A stretch of 64,000 bases of DNA from Dehalococcoidia bacterium (GCA_030605765.1 JAUWHP010000033.1:7812-71811), one strand, 5' to 3'; counted from the stretch's first letter, positions 19,635 to 28,274 are shown. A program made the numbers and translations. Notes: generated by a model from the sequence alone, not told the origin.

Positions 19635-19759
19635 CGGCTTGGCAGCAAATTGCCATAGATGGTGAAACACACGTTAAGAGAATAACGGATCAGTATGAGG
19701 AGTTTGGTTTTCAAGTTCGCCTTGAAGAAGTTAAGCCTGCGGAAGCAGGAGGTTGGTAA
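19631..19759 (+). CDS. Small 42-aa ORF (not in ORF track), possibly truncated
   Basis: ATGA overlap with upstream stop; MTAWQQIAIDGETHVKRITDQYEEFGFQVRLEEVKPAEAGGW; ends 6 nt before next start. Confidence 0.6.
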   Translation: MTAWQQIAIDGETHVKRITDQYEEFGFQVRLEEVKPAEAGGW

Positions 19760-19765
19760 ATACAA

Positions 19766-20626
19766 ATGAAAGAGGTTGTGGTTCTGAGCGGCAAGGGAGG
19801 AACCGGGAAGACAAGCTTGGTAGCTTCGTTTGCCGCTTTAGCTCAAAGTAAAGTATTGGTTGACTGCGATGTTGATGCCGCAGACCTCTACCTTCTTCTC
19901 AAACCACAAGTTACGGAGGAAAACGAATTTTGGAGTGGCCAGATTGCCTTCATTGATAAAAAAGTATGCACTGAGTGTGGACTTTGCCAGGAAATGTGCC
20001 GTTTTGGAGCTATAAAGGATTACTTTGTTGATAAGATTTCTTGTGAGGGCTGCGGGCTATGTTCTCAAATCTGCCCCGTTAATGCTATTATTATGCAATC
20101 TTGTATGGCTGGACACTGGTTTATTTCTGAGACAAGCTATGGCACTCTCATTCATGCTAAATTGGGAATTACTGAGGAAAGCTCCGGCAAGTTAGTAACC
20201 TTGGTTCGGAATAGCGCCAGGCTTGTAGCGGAGGAGGGAAAATTCGATTATATCATCAGCGATGGTCCTCCAGGTATTGGCTGCCCGGTTATCGCTTCTC
20301 TATCCGGAGCTAATTTGGCACTCCTGGTAATCGAGCCTACATTATCAGGAATCCATGACCTCGAGCGTGTAATTGGTGTCTGCCGCCACTTTGGCATTCC
20401 CATTCTGGTTTGCATAAACAAATATGACATAAACGAAGAAAACTCTTATCGCATTGAAGATTACTGTCATAACAACGATATAGAAGTGGCAGTAAAAATT
20501 CCTTTTGACAATGTAGTGACTGAGGCAATTGTTGAGGGCTTACCTGTAGTGGAGTACTCCGACGGCAAAGTAACTCAGCAGGTGAGGGAGCTATGGAAAA
20601 TTGTTTCAGTAAAGTTAAATAATTAG
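19766..20626 (+). CDS. MinD-superfamily P-loop ATPase with inserted ferredoxin domain (second paralog)
   Basis: SGKGGTGKT, DCDVDAAD, CTECGLC/CEGCGLC, DGPPGIGCP. Confidence 0.95.
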   Translation: MKEVVVLSGKGGTGKTSLVASFAALAQSKVLVDCDVDAADLYLLLKPQVTEENEFWSGQIAFIDKKVCTECGLCQEMCRFGAIKDYFVDKISCEGCGLCSQICPVNAIIMQSCMAGHWFISETSYGTLIHAKLGITEESSGKLVTLVRNSARLVAEEGKFDYIISDGPPGIGCPVIASLSGANLALLVIEPTLSGIHDLERVIGVCRHFGIPILVCINKYDINEENSYRIEDYCHNNDIEVAVKIPFDNVVTEAIVEGLPVVEYSDGKVTQQVRELWKIVSVKLNN

Positions 20627-20636
20627 GAGGGAAGAG

Positions 20637-20879
20637 ATGCCAATTTATGAATATAGGTGTTTGAATTGTGGGAGGATATCAGAAATCCTCCTTCGCAATC
20701 TGGACAACGAAAACATTGAGTGCCCAATATGCGGCAGCGAGAATCTGGAAAAGCTTTTGTCTGCTTCCTATGCTATAAGGATGAATGATTCTATGCCTGC
20801 TGGAACTTGCTGCGGCAGAACAGAGCGCTGCGAGACACCTCCTTGCTCTGTGAATGGCACCTGTAGGAGGAATGACTGA
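20637..20879 (+). CDS. FmdB-family zinc-ribbon protein
   Basis: MPIYEYRCLNCG...CPICG, C-terminal TCCG...C..PPC...C. Confidence 0.92.
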   Translation: MPIYEYRCLNCGRISEILLRNLDNENIECPICGSENLEKLLSASYAIRMNDSMPAGTCCGRTERCETPPCSVNGTCRRND

Positions 20880-20881
20880 AA

Positions 20882-21220
20882 ATGAGATACGCGGTACCTG
20901 TAGTAGATGGCAAAGTGGCTGAGCACTTTGGCCATTGTAGCCATTTTGCCTTGTTTGATATCGATGAAACGAGCAAGGTGATTGTGAAGAAGGAGGTAAT
21001 AGCTTCGCCAGGACATCAACCTGGATTTCTTCCAGAGTGGCTGGCTGCGGAAGGAGTTTCCGTTGTTATAGCTAATGGCATGGGATCCAGGGCACAAAGC
21101 CTTTTTAGAGAGAGCCGTATTGAAGTTGTTACTGGCACGCTAGGAGATGAGCCACAGGAAGCCGTTCTAGCTTACCTGAGAGGTACATTGGCTACTGGCG
21201 ATAATTTGTGTGACCATTAA
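20882..21220 (+). CDS. NifB/NifX-like protein
   Basis: AEHFGHC, HQPG.LP, GMGSRA, N.CDH C-terminus. Confidence 0.92.
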   Translation: MRYAVPVVDGKVAEHFGHCSHFALFDIDETSKVIVKKEVIASPGHQPGFLPEWLAAEGVSVVIANGMGSRAQSLFRESRIEVVTGTLGDEPQEAVLAYLRGTLATGDNLCDH

Positions 21221-21246
21221 GTACATGAAGATAGGAGGCAGATGTT

Positions 21247-22248
21247 ATGGCAACTGAAGATTCGGTGATTGAAGCGTTAAATAAAGTGCTTGTCCCTGGA
21301 GCAATGCGTAGCTTGGTGCAGATGAATTTGTTGCGAAACGTTGAAGTTAAAGATGGAGAGGCGAAAATCACTTTGGCTTCGACTGCTATCCCTGCCCAAT
21401 CTCAGGATTGGTTAAGGGCTAAAGTGACCACAGCAGTTCGCGAACTGCCTGAAGTGAAAGGAGTTGTTGTTGACCTTGTAGAAGCCAAACCTAAGGAACT
21501 TAACCAAATTCAGAATATAATAGCTGTGATGAGTGGAAAAGGTGGAGTGGGCAAATCTTTGGTAGCTGGCTTACTGGCTGTTGCTTTTGCTCGAGATGGT
21601 AAGGAGGTTGGTATACTTGATGCTGACATTACCGGCCCTAGCATCCCTAAAATGTTTGGTTTAAATATTCACCCTAGTGGCAGCGAGACAGGTATCTTGC
21701 CGATATTATCGAGGTCTGGAATTGAAGTTATGTCTATGAACCTTCTATTGCCTAGCGAAGATGAAGCAGTTATTTGGAGAGGCCCTCTTATGTCAAAAGC
21801 CATTACGCAGTTCTGGGAGGAGGTGCTTTGGGGCAACCTTGATTATCTCGTGGTTGATTTGCCACCTGGTACTGCGGATGCCGCATTGACAGTATTGCAG
21901 ACTTTACCGCTTGCCGGTGTAATCGACGTTTTTACTCCTCAGGAGTTGACGGGAATGATAGTGAAAAAGGCAGTGAAAATGGCAAGGAAATTAAACGTTC
22001 GTGTTCTGGGGGTAATAGAGAACATGAGCTATCTGTTGTTACCCGAAACGGGCAAAAAACTGGAGGTTTTTGGCCGGAGCAAGGGAGAGGAAATGGCTAA
22101 GGCCTGTGAAGCACCACTGTTAGGGCAATTGCCTATTGACCCTCAATTGGCTAAATTGTGTGATGAAGGAAATATTGAGAGATACAATTCGGATGCCTTG
22201 TCACAAATCTTTGCCAATGTAGGTGCTGCTCTAAATGAGAGAAAGTGA
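21247..22248 (+). CDS. Mrp/NBP35 (ApbC) family ATPase with N-terminal DUF59-like domain
   Basis: SGKGGVGKS, DADITGPSIP, VIWRGP, VDLPPGT, ENMS. Confidence 0.95.
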   Translation: MATEDSVIEALNKVLVPGAMRSLVQMNLLRNVEVKDGEAKITLASTAIPAQSQDWLRAKVTTAVRELPEVKGVVVDLVEAKPKELNQIQNIIAVMSGKGGVGKSLVAGLLAVAFARDGKEVGILDADITGPSIPKMFGLNIHPSGSETGILPILSRSGIEVMSMNLLLPSEDEAVIWRGPLMSKAITQFWEEVLWGNLDYLVVDLPPGTADAALTVLQTLPLAGVIDVFTPQELTGMIVKKAVKMARKLNVRVLGVIENMSYLLLPETGKKLEVFGRSKGEEMAKACEAPLLGQLPIDPQLAKLCDEGNIERYNSDALSQIFANVGAALNERK

Positions 22249-22266
22249 AATCCTAAGTCAGGAGGA

Positions 22267-22728
22267 ATGACAGTGGAAGTTGGAAATTCCTTTAAAGAGT
22301 TGGAGGAATCTGTTATGCAGGATATGCTAAAAACCTATTCTGAGGAAGCAATCGACCATTTTCTTAACCCGAGAAATCTGGGGCAGATTGAATCTCCAGA
22401 TGGGTTTGGAAGGGTAACCGGCCCTTGTGGGGATACCATGGAGATATATCTCAGGGTAAATGGAGGCAGGATTACAAATGCTACCTTCCTGACTGGTGGC
22501 TGTGGCCCCAGTATCGCCTCCGGCAGCATGGCCACTGAGCTAATTAAAGGAAAGAGCATTGTTGAGGCTCAGAACATAAGCCAAGATAATATTCTAAATG
22601 CCTTAGGAGGACTTCCTGAGGAGAGCCAGCACTGTGCCCTTCTGGCGGCAAATGCACTTAAAGAAACAGTTAGAGACTATTTAGCCTTCAAAAACGAACC
22701 TTGGAAAAGGCTTTATAAAGTCCACTAG
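22267..22728 (+). CDS. NifU/IscU-family Fe-S scaffold protein
   Basis: DHFLNPRN, GPCGDTM, GC, HCA. Confidence 0.93.
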   Translation: MTVEVGNSFKELEESVMQDMLKTYSEEAIDHFLNPRNLGQIESPDGFGRVTGPCGDTMEIYLRVNGGRITNATFLTGGCGPSIASGSMATELIKGKSIVEAQNISQDNILNALGGLPEESQHCALLAANALKETVRDYLAFKNEPWKRLYKVH

Positions 22729-22871
22729 AACCTGAAGCGGATAGAATGAATTTGCCACCTGTGGTATAGCCCTGCTTTGAGAGTGTGATGGTAGTTTGAA
22801 CCTTATGCCTGAAGGTAAGCCGCTGGATTTGTAGTAGATTTTGCGGCGAAGGCAAAACTTCTAGCCACCTT

Positions 22872-23141
22872 ATGTTAAAAGTAAATGTGAATCTTTGTGT
22901 GGGTTGTGCTTTATGCGCCCAGGTATGCCCTCAAGGGGCTATCAGCCTCATTGGGGGCAAAGCAGAGGTAGATACCAGTAAATGTGACTCTTGCTATTGG
23001 TGTCTTGAAGCGTGCCCTCGAGGCGCAATTTCTGAGTTGATTATAGTCTCCCCGGAGGAACTAAGAGTTACTGTTTCTACGCTAAAGCGACAAACAGATG
23101 ATATAATAAAGAGGATTAACAGGCTGGCTACCAAGGTTTAG
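22872..23141 (+). CDS. 4Fe-4S dicluster ferredoxin with C-terminal helix
   Basis: CVGCALCAQVCP and CDSCYWCLEACP. Confidence 0.9.
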   Translation: MLKVNVNLCVGCALCAQVCPQGAISLIGGKAEVDTSKCDSCYWCLEACPRGAISELIIVSPEELRVTVSTLKRQTDDIIKRINRLATKV

Positions 23142-23151
23142 GGTTATCGTC

Positions 23152-23607
23152 GTGAAAGAACAGCGGATTTTAGAATTGAAGCCCATAGGGGTAATCCATT
23201 CGCCTTACCCTGATAGGGGAGAAGCACCACGTCAGGGCTGCGGGCGAGATGAAATCTGCCGGGTAGAAGTGTTCAAAGAATTTGAAGAGGGCTTGAAAGA
23301 CATAGATGGTTTTTCCCACGTTAGCTTGATATATTGGTTTCATAAATCTGGAGGATATCGTCTGCTCATTACAACCCCGTGGGATACAAAGCTGCATGGG
23401 CTTTTTACTACGAGGTCGCCAAACAGACCCTGCCCATTGGGGTTATGCTTGGTGGAGTTGGTTGCCCGGGAAGGGAATATTCTCAGTGTAAAGGGGTTGG
23501 ATGCTATAGACGGCACTCCGCTTTTGGATATCAAGCCATACATTCCCTCTATAGATGAGAAAACTAACGGCCAAGTTGGGTGGCTTAAAGACAGATTCAA
23601 AGGTTAG
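23152..23607 (+). CDS. tsaA: TrmO/TsaA-family SAM-binding methyltransferase (N-terminal domain)
   Basis: KPIGVIHSP, GLFTTRSPNRP, GLDAIDGTPLLDIKPY. Confidence 0.92.
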   Translation: MKEQRILELKPIGVIHSPYPDRGEAPRQGCGRDEICRVEVFKEFEEGLKDIDGFSHVSLIYWFHKSGGYRLLITTPWDTKLHGLFTTRSPNRPCPLGLCLVELVAREGNILSVKGLDAIDGTPLLDIKPYIPSIDEKTNGQVGWLKDRFKG

Positions 23608-23658
23608 GGGAGAGGGCGAAAGGGAGGATAATGAATGCCAATAACCTATGTTGGCATC

Positions 23659-24489
23659 TTAGTAAATTACTTTTACTTCATCTCCTATTTCCATGCCAAG
23701 AAAGTCGCAGGCACTTCCAGCTCTTAGCGATATTTCCAGATAACCACTGCTGCCCAGGATAGCTACTAACCCCTGTTCCTCTTCATAATAACGCGATATG
23801 CCTTGAATATGTTGCCCTGCTGCTTCGATAATAATGTTTCCCTGTGGCAAATCAGTGCTCTTTATATCAGTGATCAGGTTGCCAAAATTGTCAACGTATA
23901 GGATATGGCCTACTAGGTTACCTTGTGGGTCAAAGGATGGTTTTGGAGCAGGAAAAACATAAAGAGAGGTAATCCTTTCTCCAAACTCATAAAGTGATAT
24001 ACCTAAAGAGAGGCCAGCGGCAACCGGGGCAAAGATATCTCTACCATGAAAGGTAGGGCTGACTGGGTGCCGCCAAAACCGTGGTTCAGTAATGGCCACA
24101 GCTTCAATCCCCTTTTTAAAAGTTATCCTTTCAGGGCTTTTAGAATATTGATTCGAGGGCCTTTCATTAGAGGATAACTCATTAATTACATAACTGAGAA
24201 TGCCATTATCAGGAGCAAGGAAGAGGGATGAAGGCGTTTTCAGGATTATCCCTTGTCGCTCACTTCCTACGCCAGGGTCAACGATGGCTACATGGATGCT
24301 TTGCTGGGGAAAGTAGCGATAAGCGATATTGAGGATGAAAGCAGCTTGTGCAATATTCTGTGGCTTAACGGAGTGAGTAATATCGATGATAGTAGCTCCT
24401 GGGTTAGTACTCAGAATGACACCCTTCATAACGGCAACATAGGCATCACTGAAACCGAAGTCGGTAGTCAGCGTTATTATCGGATTCAT
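23659..24489 (-). CDS. SAM hydroxide adenosyltransferase (DUF62, chlorinase/fluorinase superfamily)
   Basis: TLTTDFG, VDPGVGS, PDNG, TFHGRDIF, DNFGN. Confidence 0.93.
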   Translation of the reverse strand: MNPIITLTTDFGFSDAYVAVMKGVILSTNPGATIIDITHSVKPQNIAQAAFILNIAYRYFPQQSIHVAIVDPGVGSERQGIILKTPSSLFLAPDNGILSYVINELSSNERPSNQYSKSPERITFKKGIEAVAITEPRFWRHPVSPTFHGRDIFAPVAAGLSLGISLYEFGERITSLYVFPAPKPSFDPQGNLVGHILYVDNFGNLITDIKSTDLPQGNIIIEAAGQHIQGISRYYEEEQGLVAILGSSGYLEISLRAGSACDFLGMEIGDEVKVIY

Positions 24490-24495
24490 TCTTGG

Positions 24496-24717
24496 TTAGG
24501 TAGCTGAGGCAACTATTAATATTGCCAGAGCAACGAAGATGACAGCTAGGACAAGAGTGAGTTTAAACAAAGTTCTTTCTACCCCTCGCCGCGTTCGATA
24601 TGTTGACTCGGCTTGTCCGAAGATGCCTCCTAGGCCTCCTCCATGGAGTTGAAATAGCACAGTGGCAATTAAAGCTACAGCCACTAATATTTGAGCGATG
24701 GCAAAATATTTAGGCAA
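24496..24717 (-). CDS. secG: Preprotein translocase subunit SecG
   Basis: Two TM helices, LFQ..GGGLGGIFG, RRGVE. Confidence 0.92.
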   Translation of the reverse strand: MPKYFAIAQILVAVALIATVLFQLHGGGLGGIFGQAESTYRTRRGVERTLFKLTLVLAVIFVALAILIVASAT

Positions 24718-26155
24718 CTTGTTTCCCTCCTAGTTCCTGTATGAGAATCTCCTTTACCAATGCAGGATTGGCTCTTCCTCTCGTAGTTTTCATTACCTGT
24801 CCAGTAATGAACATTAAAGCTTGTTGCTTACCGGCCTTATAATCTGACACAGCCTTGGCGTTATTGGCTATTACCTTTTTGACTGCGCCTCTCACTTTAG
24901 CAACATCGCTAATTTGGCTAAGTTCCTTTTCTGCCGCAATAGCGTTAGCTCTTTTGCCGCTATAGAACATCTCTTCAAACACCGCTTTGCTAGCTGGGCC
25001 ACTGATAATCCCTTCATCCACTAGGTTAACCATCTCCGCTAAATGCTCAGGGCTTACTTTCGTAGTTTCAATGTTAGTGTTAGTCGCATTGAGTAGTCGG
25101 CTGAAGTCACCTAGAAGCCAATTGCTTATCAGTTTTGCCTTGCCCTTATCCATTAGTTCAAGACAGTTCTCAAAGTAACTGGCCAATGCTTTGGAACTTG
25201 TTAAGATGCTAGCATCATATAAGGGCACCCCATATTGTGCCATAAAGCGCTGCTTTCTTGCCTCGGGTAACTCAGGTAGCTTTACTCTGATTTCCTCTAT
25301 CCAGGTTTTATCAAAGATCAGTGGAGGCAAATCAGGCTCAGGGAAATAGCGATAATCATCAGCATATTCCTTGCCTCTCTGGCTTACCGTTACGCCCTTT
25401 TCATCTACCCAACCTCTGGTTTCCTGTACCAGTTCGCCACCCTCTTCAAGTACGCTCCTTTGCCTCTTAGATTCATACTTCATAGCTTGATAAACCGCTT
25501 TGAAGCTATTCATGTTCTTGACCTCTACTTTAGACAGCAGTTTCCTGCTGCCCTTGGGGCGAATGCTTAGGTTAGCATCACATCTGAAGCTACCTTCCTC
25601 CATATTGCATGTAGATACTTCCAAATAGCGAAGGATGGAGTGTAGCATGATGAGGTAATCTCGAGCCTCTTCAGGCGAGCTGATTTCTGGCTCGCTGACA
25701 ATCTCCATCAATGGCACGCCAGACCGATTGACATCTATCAAACTATAGCCCTCTTTATGCCATAGTTTAGCCACATCCTCTTCAAGGTGTACTCTGGTGA
25801 TATTAATTCTTTTTTTGGTTCTGTTGCTATCAATGGTTAGACAACCTTGTCTTCCTACAGGAGCATCATACTGAGAAATCTGGTAGCCCTTCATTAGGTC
25901 GGGGTAGGAGTAGTTTTTACGGTCAAACTTGGTAGAATCATTGATGGTGCAGTTCAGAGCCAGAGCAGTCATCGCGGTATATTCCACCGCTTTCCTGTTA
26001 ACAATGGGTAGAGTGCCGGGCATGCCCAGGCAGACTGGGCAGACGTGAGTGTTAGGTGGGGCATTGATGTAATCGGTGCTACAGGAGCAAAACATCTTGC
26101 TCTTGGTTAGTAGTTGAGCATGAACCTCCAAACCTATAACAGTTTCATAATTCAT
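24710..26155 (-). CDS. gatB: Asp/Glu-tRNA amidotransferase subunit B
   Basis: Start at MNYETVIGLEVH (26155); YPDL.KGYQISQ, YRYFPEPDL. Confidence 0.98.
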   Translation of the reverse strand: MNYETVIGLEVHAQLLTKSKMFCSCSTDYINAPPNTHVCPVCLGMPGTLPIVNRKAVEYTAMTALALNCTINDSTKFDRKNYSYPDLMKGYQISQYDAPVGRQGCLTIDSNRTKKRINITRVHLEEDVAKLWHKEGYSLIDVNRSGVPLMEIVSEPEISSPEEARDYLIMLHSILRYLEVSTCNMEEGSFRCDANLSIRPKGSRKLLSKVEVKNMNSFKAVYQAMKYESKRQRSVLEEGGELVQETRGWVDEKGVTVSQRGKEYADDYRYFPEPDLPPLIFDKTWIEEIRVKLPELPEARKQRFMAQYGVPLYDASILTSSKALASYFENCLELMDKGKAKLISNWLLGDFSRLLNATNTNIETTKVSPEHLAEMVNLVDEGIISGPASKAVFEEMFYSGKRANAIAAEKELSQISDVAKVRGAVKKVIANNAKAVSDYKAGKQQALMFITGQVMKTTRGRANPALVKEILIQELGGKQVA

Positions 26156-26208
26156 GAATTTGAAAATAGTATAGCAAGCATGCCAACCTGACACAAGGAA
26201 GCGTGAGC

Positions 26209-26238
26209 TTGACCTAAAGTTCAAGGCGTTGCTACAAT
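26209..26238 (+). promoter_or_regulatory. Promoter of tRNA cluster
   Basis: TTGACC-18 bp-TACAAT with extended TG, 9 nt before tRNA-Ala. Confidence 0.65.
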
Positions 26239-26247
26239 TGAGCTTGC

Positions 26248-26320
26248 GGGGATATAGCTCAGTTGGGAGAGCGCTGCGTTCGCATCGCAGAGGTTGGGGG
26301 TTCGAATCCCCCTATCTCCA
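26248..26320 (+). tRNA. tRNA-Ala(CGC)
   Basis: GGGGATA/TATCTCC, CTGCG-TTCGCAT-CGCAG; CCA not encoded. Confidence 0.96.
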
Positions 26321-26324
26321 CTGC

Positions 26325-26398
26325 GCCCCTGTAGCTCAGACGGATAGAGCAGCGGTTTCCTAAACCGCGTGTCGGGCGTTCGAATCGCCCCAGGGGTA
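26325..26398 (+). tRNA. tRNA-Arg(CCT)
   Basis: GCCCCTG/CAGGGGT, GCGGT-TTCCTAA-ACCGC; CCA not encoded. Confidence 0.96.
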
Positions 26399-26418
26399 CT
26401 TGCTGTTGTGCAAGTTTT

Positions 26419-26495
26419 AGGGGTGTAGCTCAGTTGGCTAGAGCAGCGGTCTCCAAAACCGCAGGTCGCGGGTTCGAATCCTGCCGCCCCTGCCA
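26419..26495 (+). tRNA. tRNA-Trp(CCA)
   Basis: AGGGGTG/CGCCCCT, GCGGT-CTCCAAA-ACCGC, 3' GCCA. Confidence 0.97.
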
Positions 26496-26496
26496 T

Positions 26497-26583
26497 GCCG
26501 GGGTGGTGGAACAGGTAGACACGCCATCTTGAGGGGGTGGTGGGCGTGAGCCCGTGGGAGTTCAAGTCTCCCCCTCGGCACCA
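26497..26583 (+). tRNA. tRNA-Leu(GAG)
   Basis: CCATC-TTGAGGG-GGTGG anticodon arm, long variable arm, CCA. Confidence 0.96.
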
Positions 26584-26590
26584 ATTTAGT

Positions 26591-26619
26591 TTGCTTGAAT
26601 TGAGGGAAAGCGGTAAAAT
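26591..26619 (+). promoter_or_regulatory. Internal promoter upstream of tRNA-Gly
   Basis: TTGCTT-17 bp-TAAAAT. Confidence 0.55.
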
Positions 26620-26627
26620 TTAGTTAA

Positions 26628-26702
26628 GCGGAAGTAGTTCAGCGGTAGAATGCTTCCTTGCCAAGGAAGAGGTCGCGAGTTCGAATCTCGTCTTCCGCTC
26701 CA
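26628..26702 (+). tRNA. tRNA-Gly(GCC)
   Basis: GCGGAAG/CTTCCGC, CTTCC-TTGCCAA-GGAAG, CCA. Confidence 0.97.
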
Positions 26703-26722
26703 TAAAATTTGAGCCCGGTTGT

Positions 26723-26795
26723 GGCGGCGTAGCCAAGAGGTTAAGGCAGGGGTCTGCAAAACCCTTATGCAGCGGTTCGAATCCGCTCGCCGCCT
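26723..26795 (+). tRNA. tRNA-Cys(GCA)
   Basis: GGCGGCG/CGCCGCC, U73, anticodon loop CTGCAAA; CCA not encoded. Confidence 0.96.
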
Positions 26796-26856
26796 TTTTA
26801 GATTAAAGATAGTGCAAAACTTGAGCAAAATCTTATTATAGGCGGGTGTTTTAAGA

Positions 26857-26939
26857 GCCGAGGTGGCGGAATGGTAGACGCGGCGGACTTAAAATCCGTT
26901 TCCCGTGAGGGAGTGTGGGTTCGAGTCCCTCCCTCGGCA
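26857..26939 (+). tRNA. tRNA-Leu(TAA)
   Basis: GCCGAGG/CCTCGGC, anticodon loop CTTAAAA, long variable arm; CCA not encoded. Confidence 0.96.
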
Positions 26940-27101
26940 CGAATTCTTTAGCTTCCAATTGGTTTCACACATTTCCATCTTTGATATGGTGAATGGAGCT
27001 GGTCATTGTGCTGGTTTTTATTTGGCCGTAGTAGTGTAAGTATAACAAGGGAAGCATACTGGGGAAGCGGAGGTGATTACGAAACAGCGACTTGTGTTTT
27101 G

Positions 27102-28274
27102 CTAAGGGGTATTTTGGGTTGCTTGGAAATATTTCCCTTCCGTTTTTGTGGCCGGGGCAATGACCATTGTGGCCTTATGCATTTCTTTGATAGTTTTAAG
27201 ACCACAGACTCCCATGCTGGCGCGCAGGGCACCGATCAGATTTTGAGTGCCGTCGGTAACTGAGGCGGGGCCAAAAAGGATTTGTTCTAAAGGAGCACGA
27301 TTGCTAACCTTGATGCGTGTCCCCCGAGGTAATGTCGGGTGGGGATGGGACATACCCCAGTTATAACCTCTTCCTGGAGCTTCTATGGCTTGAGCCAAAG
27401 GTGAACCAATCATCACAGCGTCGGCCCCGGCAGCAAATGCTTTACATAAATCACCACCTGTGCGGATGCCTCCATCAGTTATGATTGGTACATAGTCACC
27501 ACTTTCTTTGAAATAAGTGTCTCTGGCAGCAGCGCAGTCCATGGTAGCGGTTACTTGTGGAACTCCAACGCCAATGACCTCTCTGGTAGTGCAAGCCGCT
27601 CCAGGGCCGATTCCAACCAGAATAGCGGAGATTCCTGTTCTCATCAGCTCTAACGCAGCGCTATAGCTGCAGCAATTACCTACTATAATAGGCAAGGCTA
27701 TCATCTGAGATAGCTCGGGAAAGGTGAGCCCTCGGTGGCTCTTGGAGATGTGCTTGGCGGTAGTGACTGTTGACTGCACTACTAGAATATCCATCCCTGC
27801 CTCTTTGGCTATAGGAGCTAGGCGTTTAGTATTGGCTGGAGTTAGTGATGCAGCACACGTAACACCTCCCTCTTTTATTGTATTTATGCGATCACCGATG
27901 AGATTTTCCCTGATAGGCGCTGAGTAAATTTTTTGCAGAAGAGGTGTAGCTTCAGTCTCAGAAGCTTGAGCAATTTGATTAAGGATTTCGTCAGGGTTTT
28001 CATAGCGTGTCTGTATCCCTTCGAGATTAAGGACAGCAAGACCACCTAATTTGCCAAACTTGATAGCCGATGCAGGCTCAACAACAGCATCCATGGCTGA
28101 AGCCAAGATGGGAATGGAGAATTTAAAGCTTCTAATAGTAATGAAAATAACGAAGCTCTTAATAGTAAAATGTATGTCTGTTTGGTCAGGATTGATGCTT
28201 ATATCGCCAGGGACGATAGCTACATCATCAAATCCGTAAGCTCGCTCCATTTCTTTGAATTTAGGGTGAGGCAT
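27102..28274 (-). CDS. GuaB3-family IMP dehydrogenase-related protein
   Basis: YGFDDVAIVP, ASAMD, GIGPGAACTTR, TDGGIRTGGD; no CBS pair. Confidence 0.92.
   Translation of the reverse strand: MPHPKFKEMERAYGFDDVAIVPGDISINPDQTDIHFTIKSFVIFITIRSFKFSIPILASAMDAVVEPASAIKFGKLGGLAVLNLEGIQTRYENPDEILNQIAQASETEATPLLQKIYSAPIRENLIGDRINTIKEGGVTCAASLTPANTKRLAPIAKEAGMDILVVQSTVTTAKHISKSHRGLTFPELSQMIALPIIVGNCCSYSAALELMRTGISAILVGIGPGAACTTREVIGVGVPQVTATMDCAAARDTYFKESGDYVPIITDGGIRTGGDLCKAFAAGADAVMIGSPLAQAIEAPGRGYNWGMSHPHPTLPRGTRIKVSNRAPLEQILFGPASVTDGTQNLIGALRASMGVCGLKTIKEMHKATMVIAPATKTEGKYFQATQNTP

Noticed and set aside
17705..22728. Nitrogen fixation cluster
   Set aside because: Only NifX-like and NifU-like folds are present; no nifH, nifD, nifK, nifE, nifN or radical-SAM nifB
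22729..22871. Structured RNA or gene remnant between iscU and ferredoxin
   Set aside because: Only a short TTTTGC/GCAAAA hairpin; nothing recognisable
23659..24489. Fluorinase or chlorinase
   Set aside because: The HGRD motif and housekeeping context fit the common DUF62 SAM hydrolase
26221..26828. Minus-strand ORFs of 114 and 80 aa (also 2389-2625)
   Set aside because: Antisense shadows of tRNA genes
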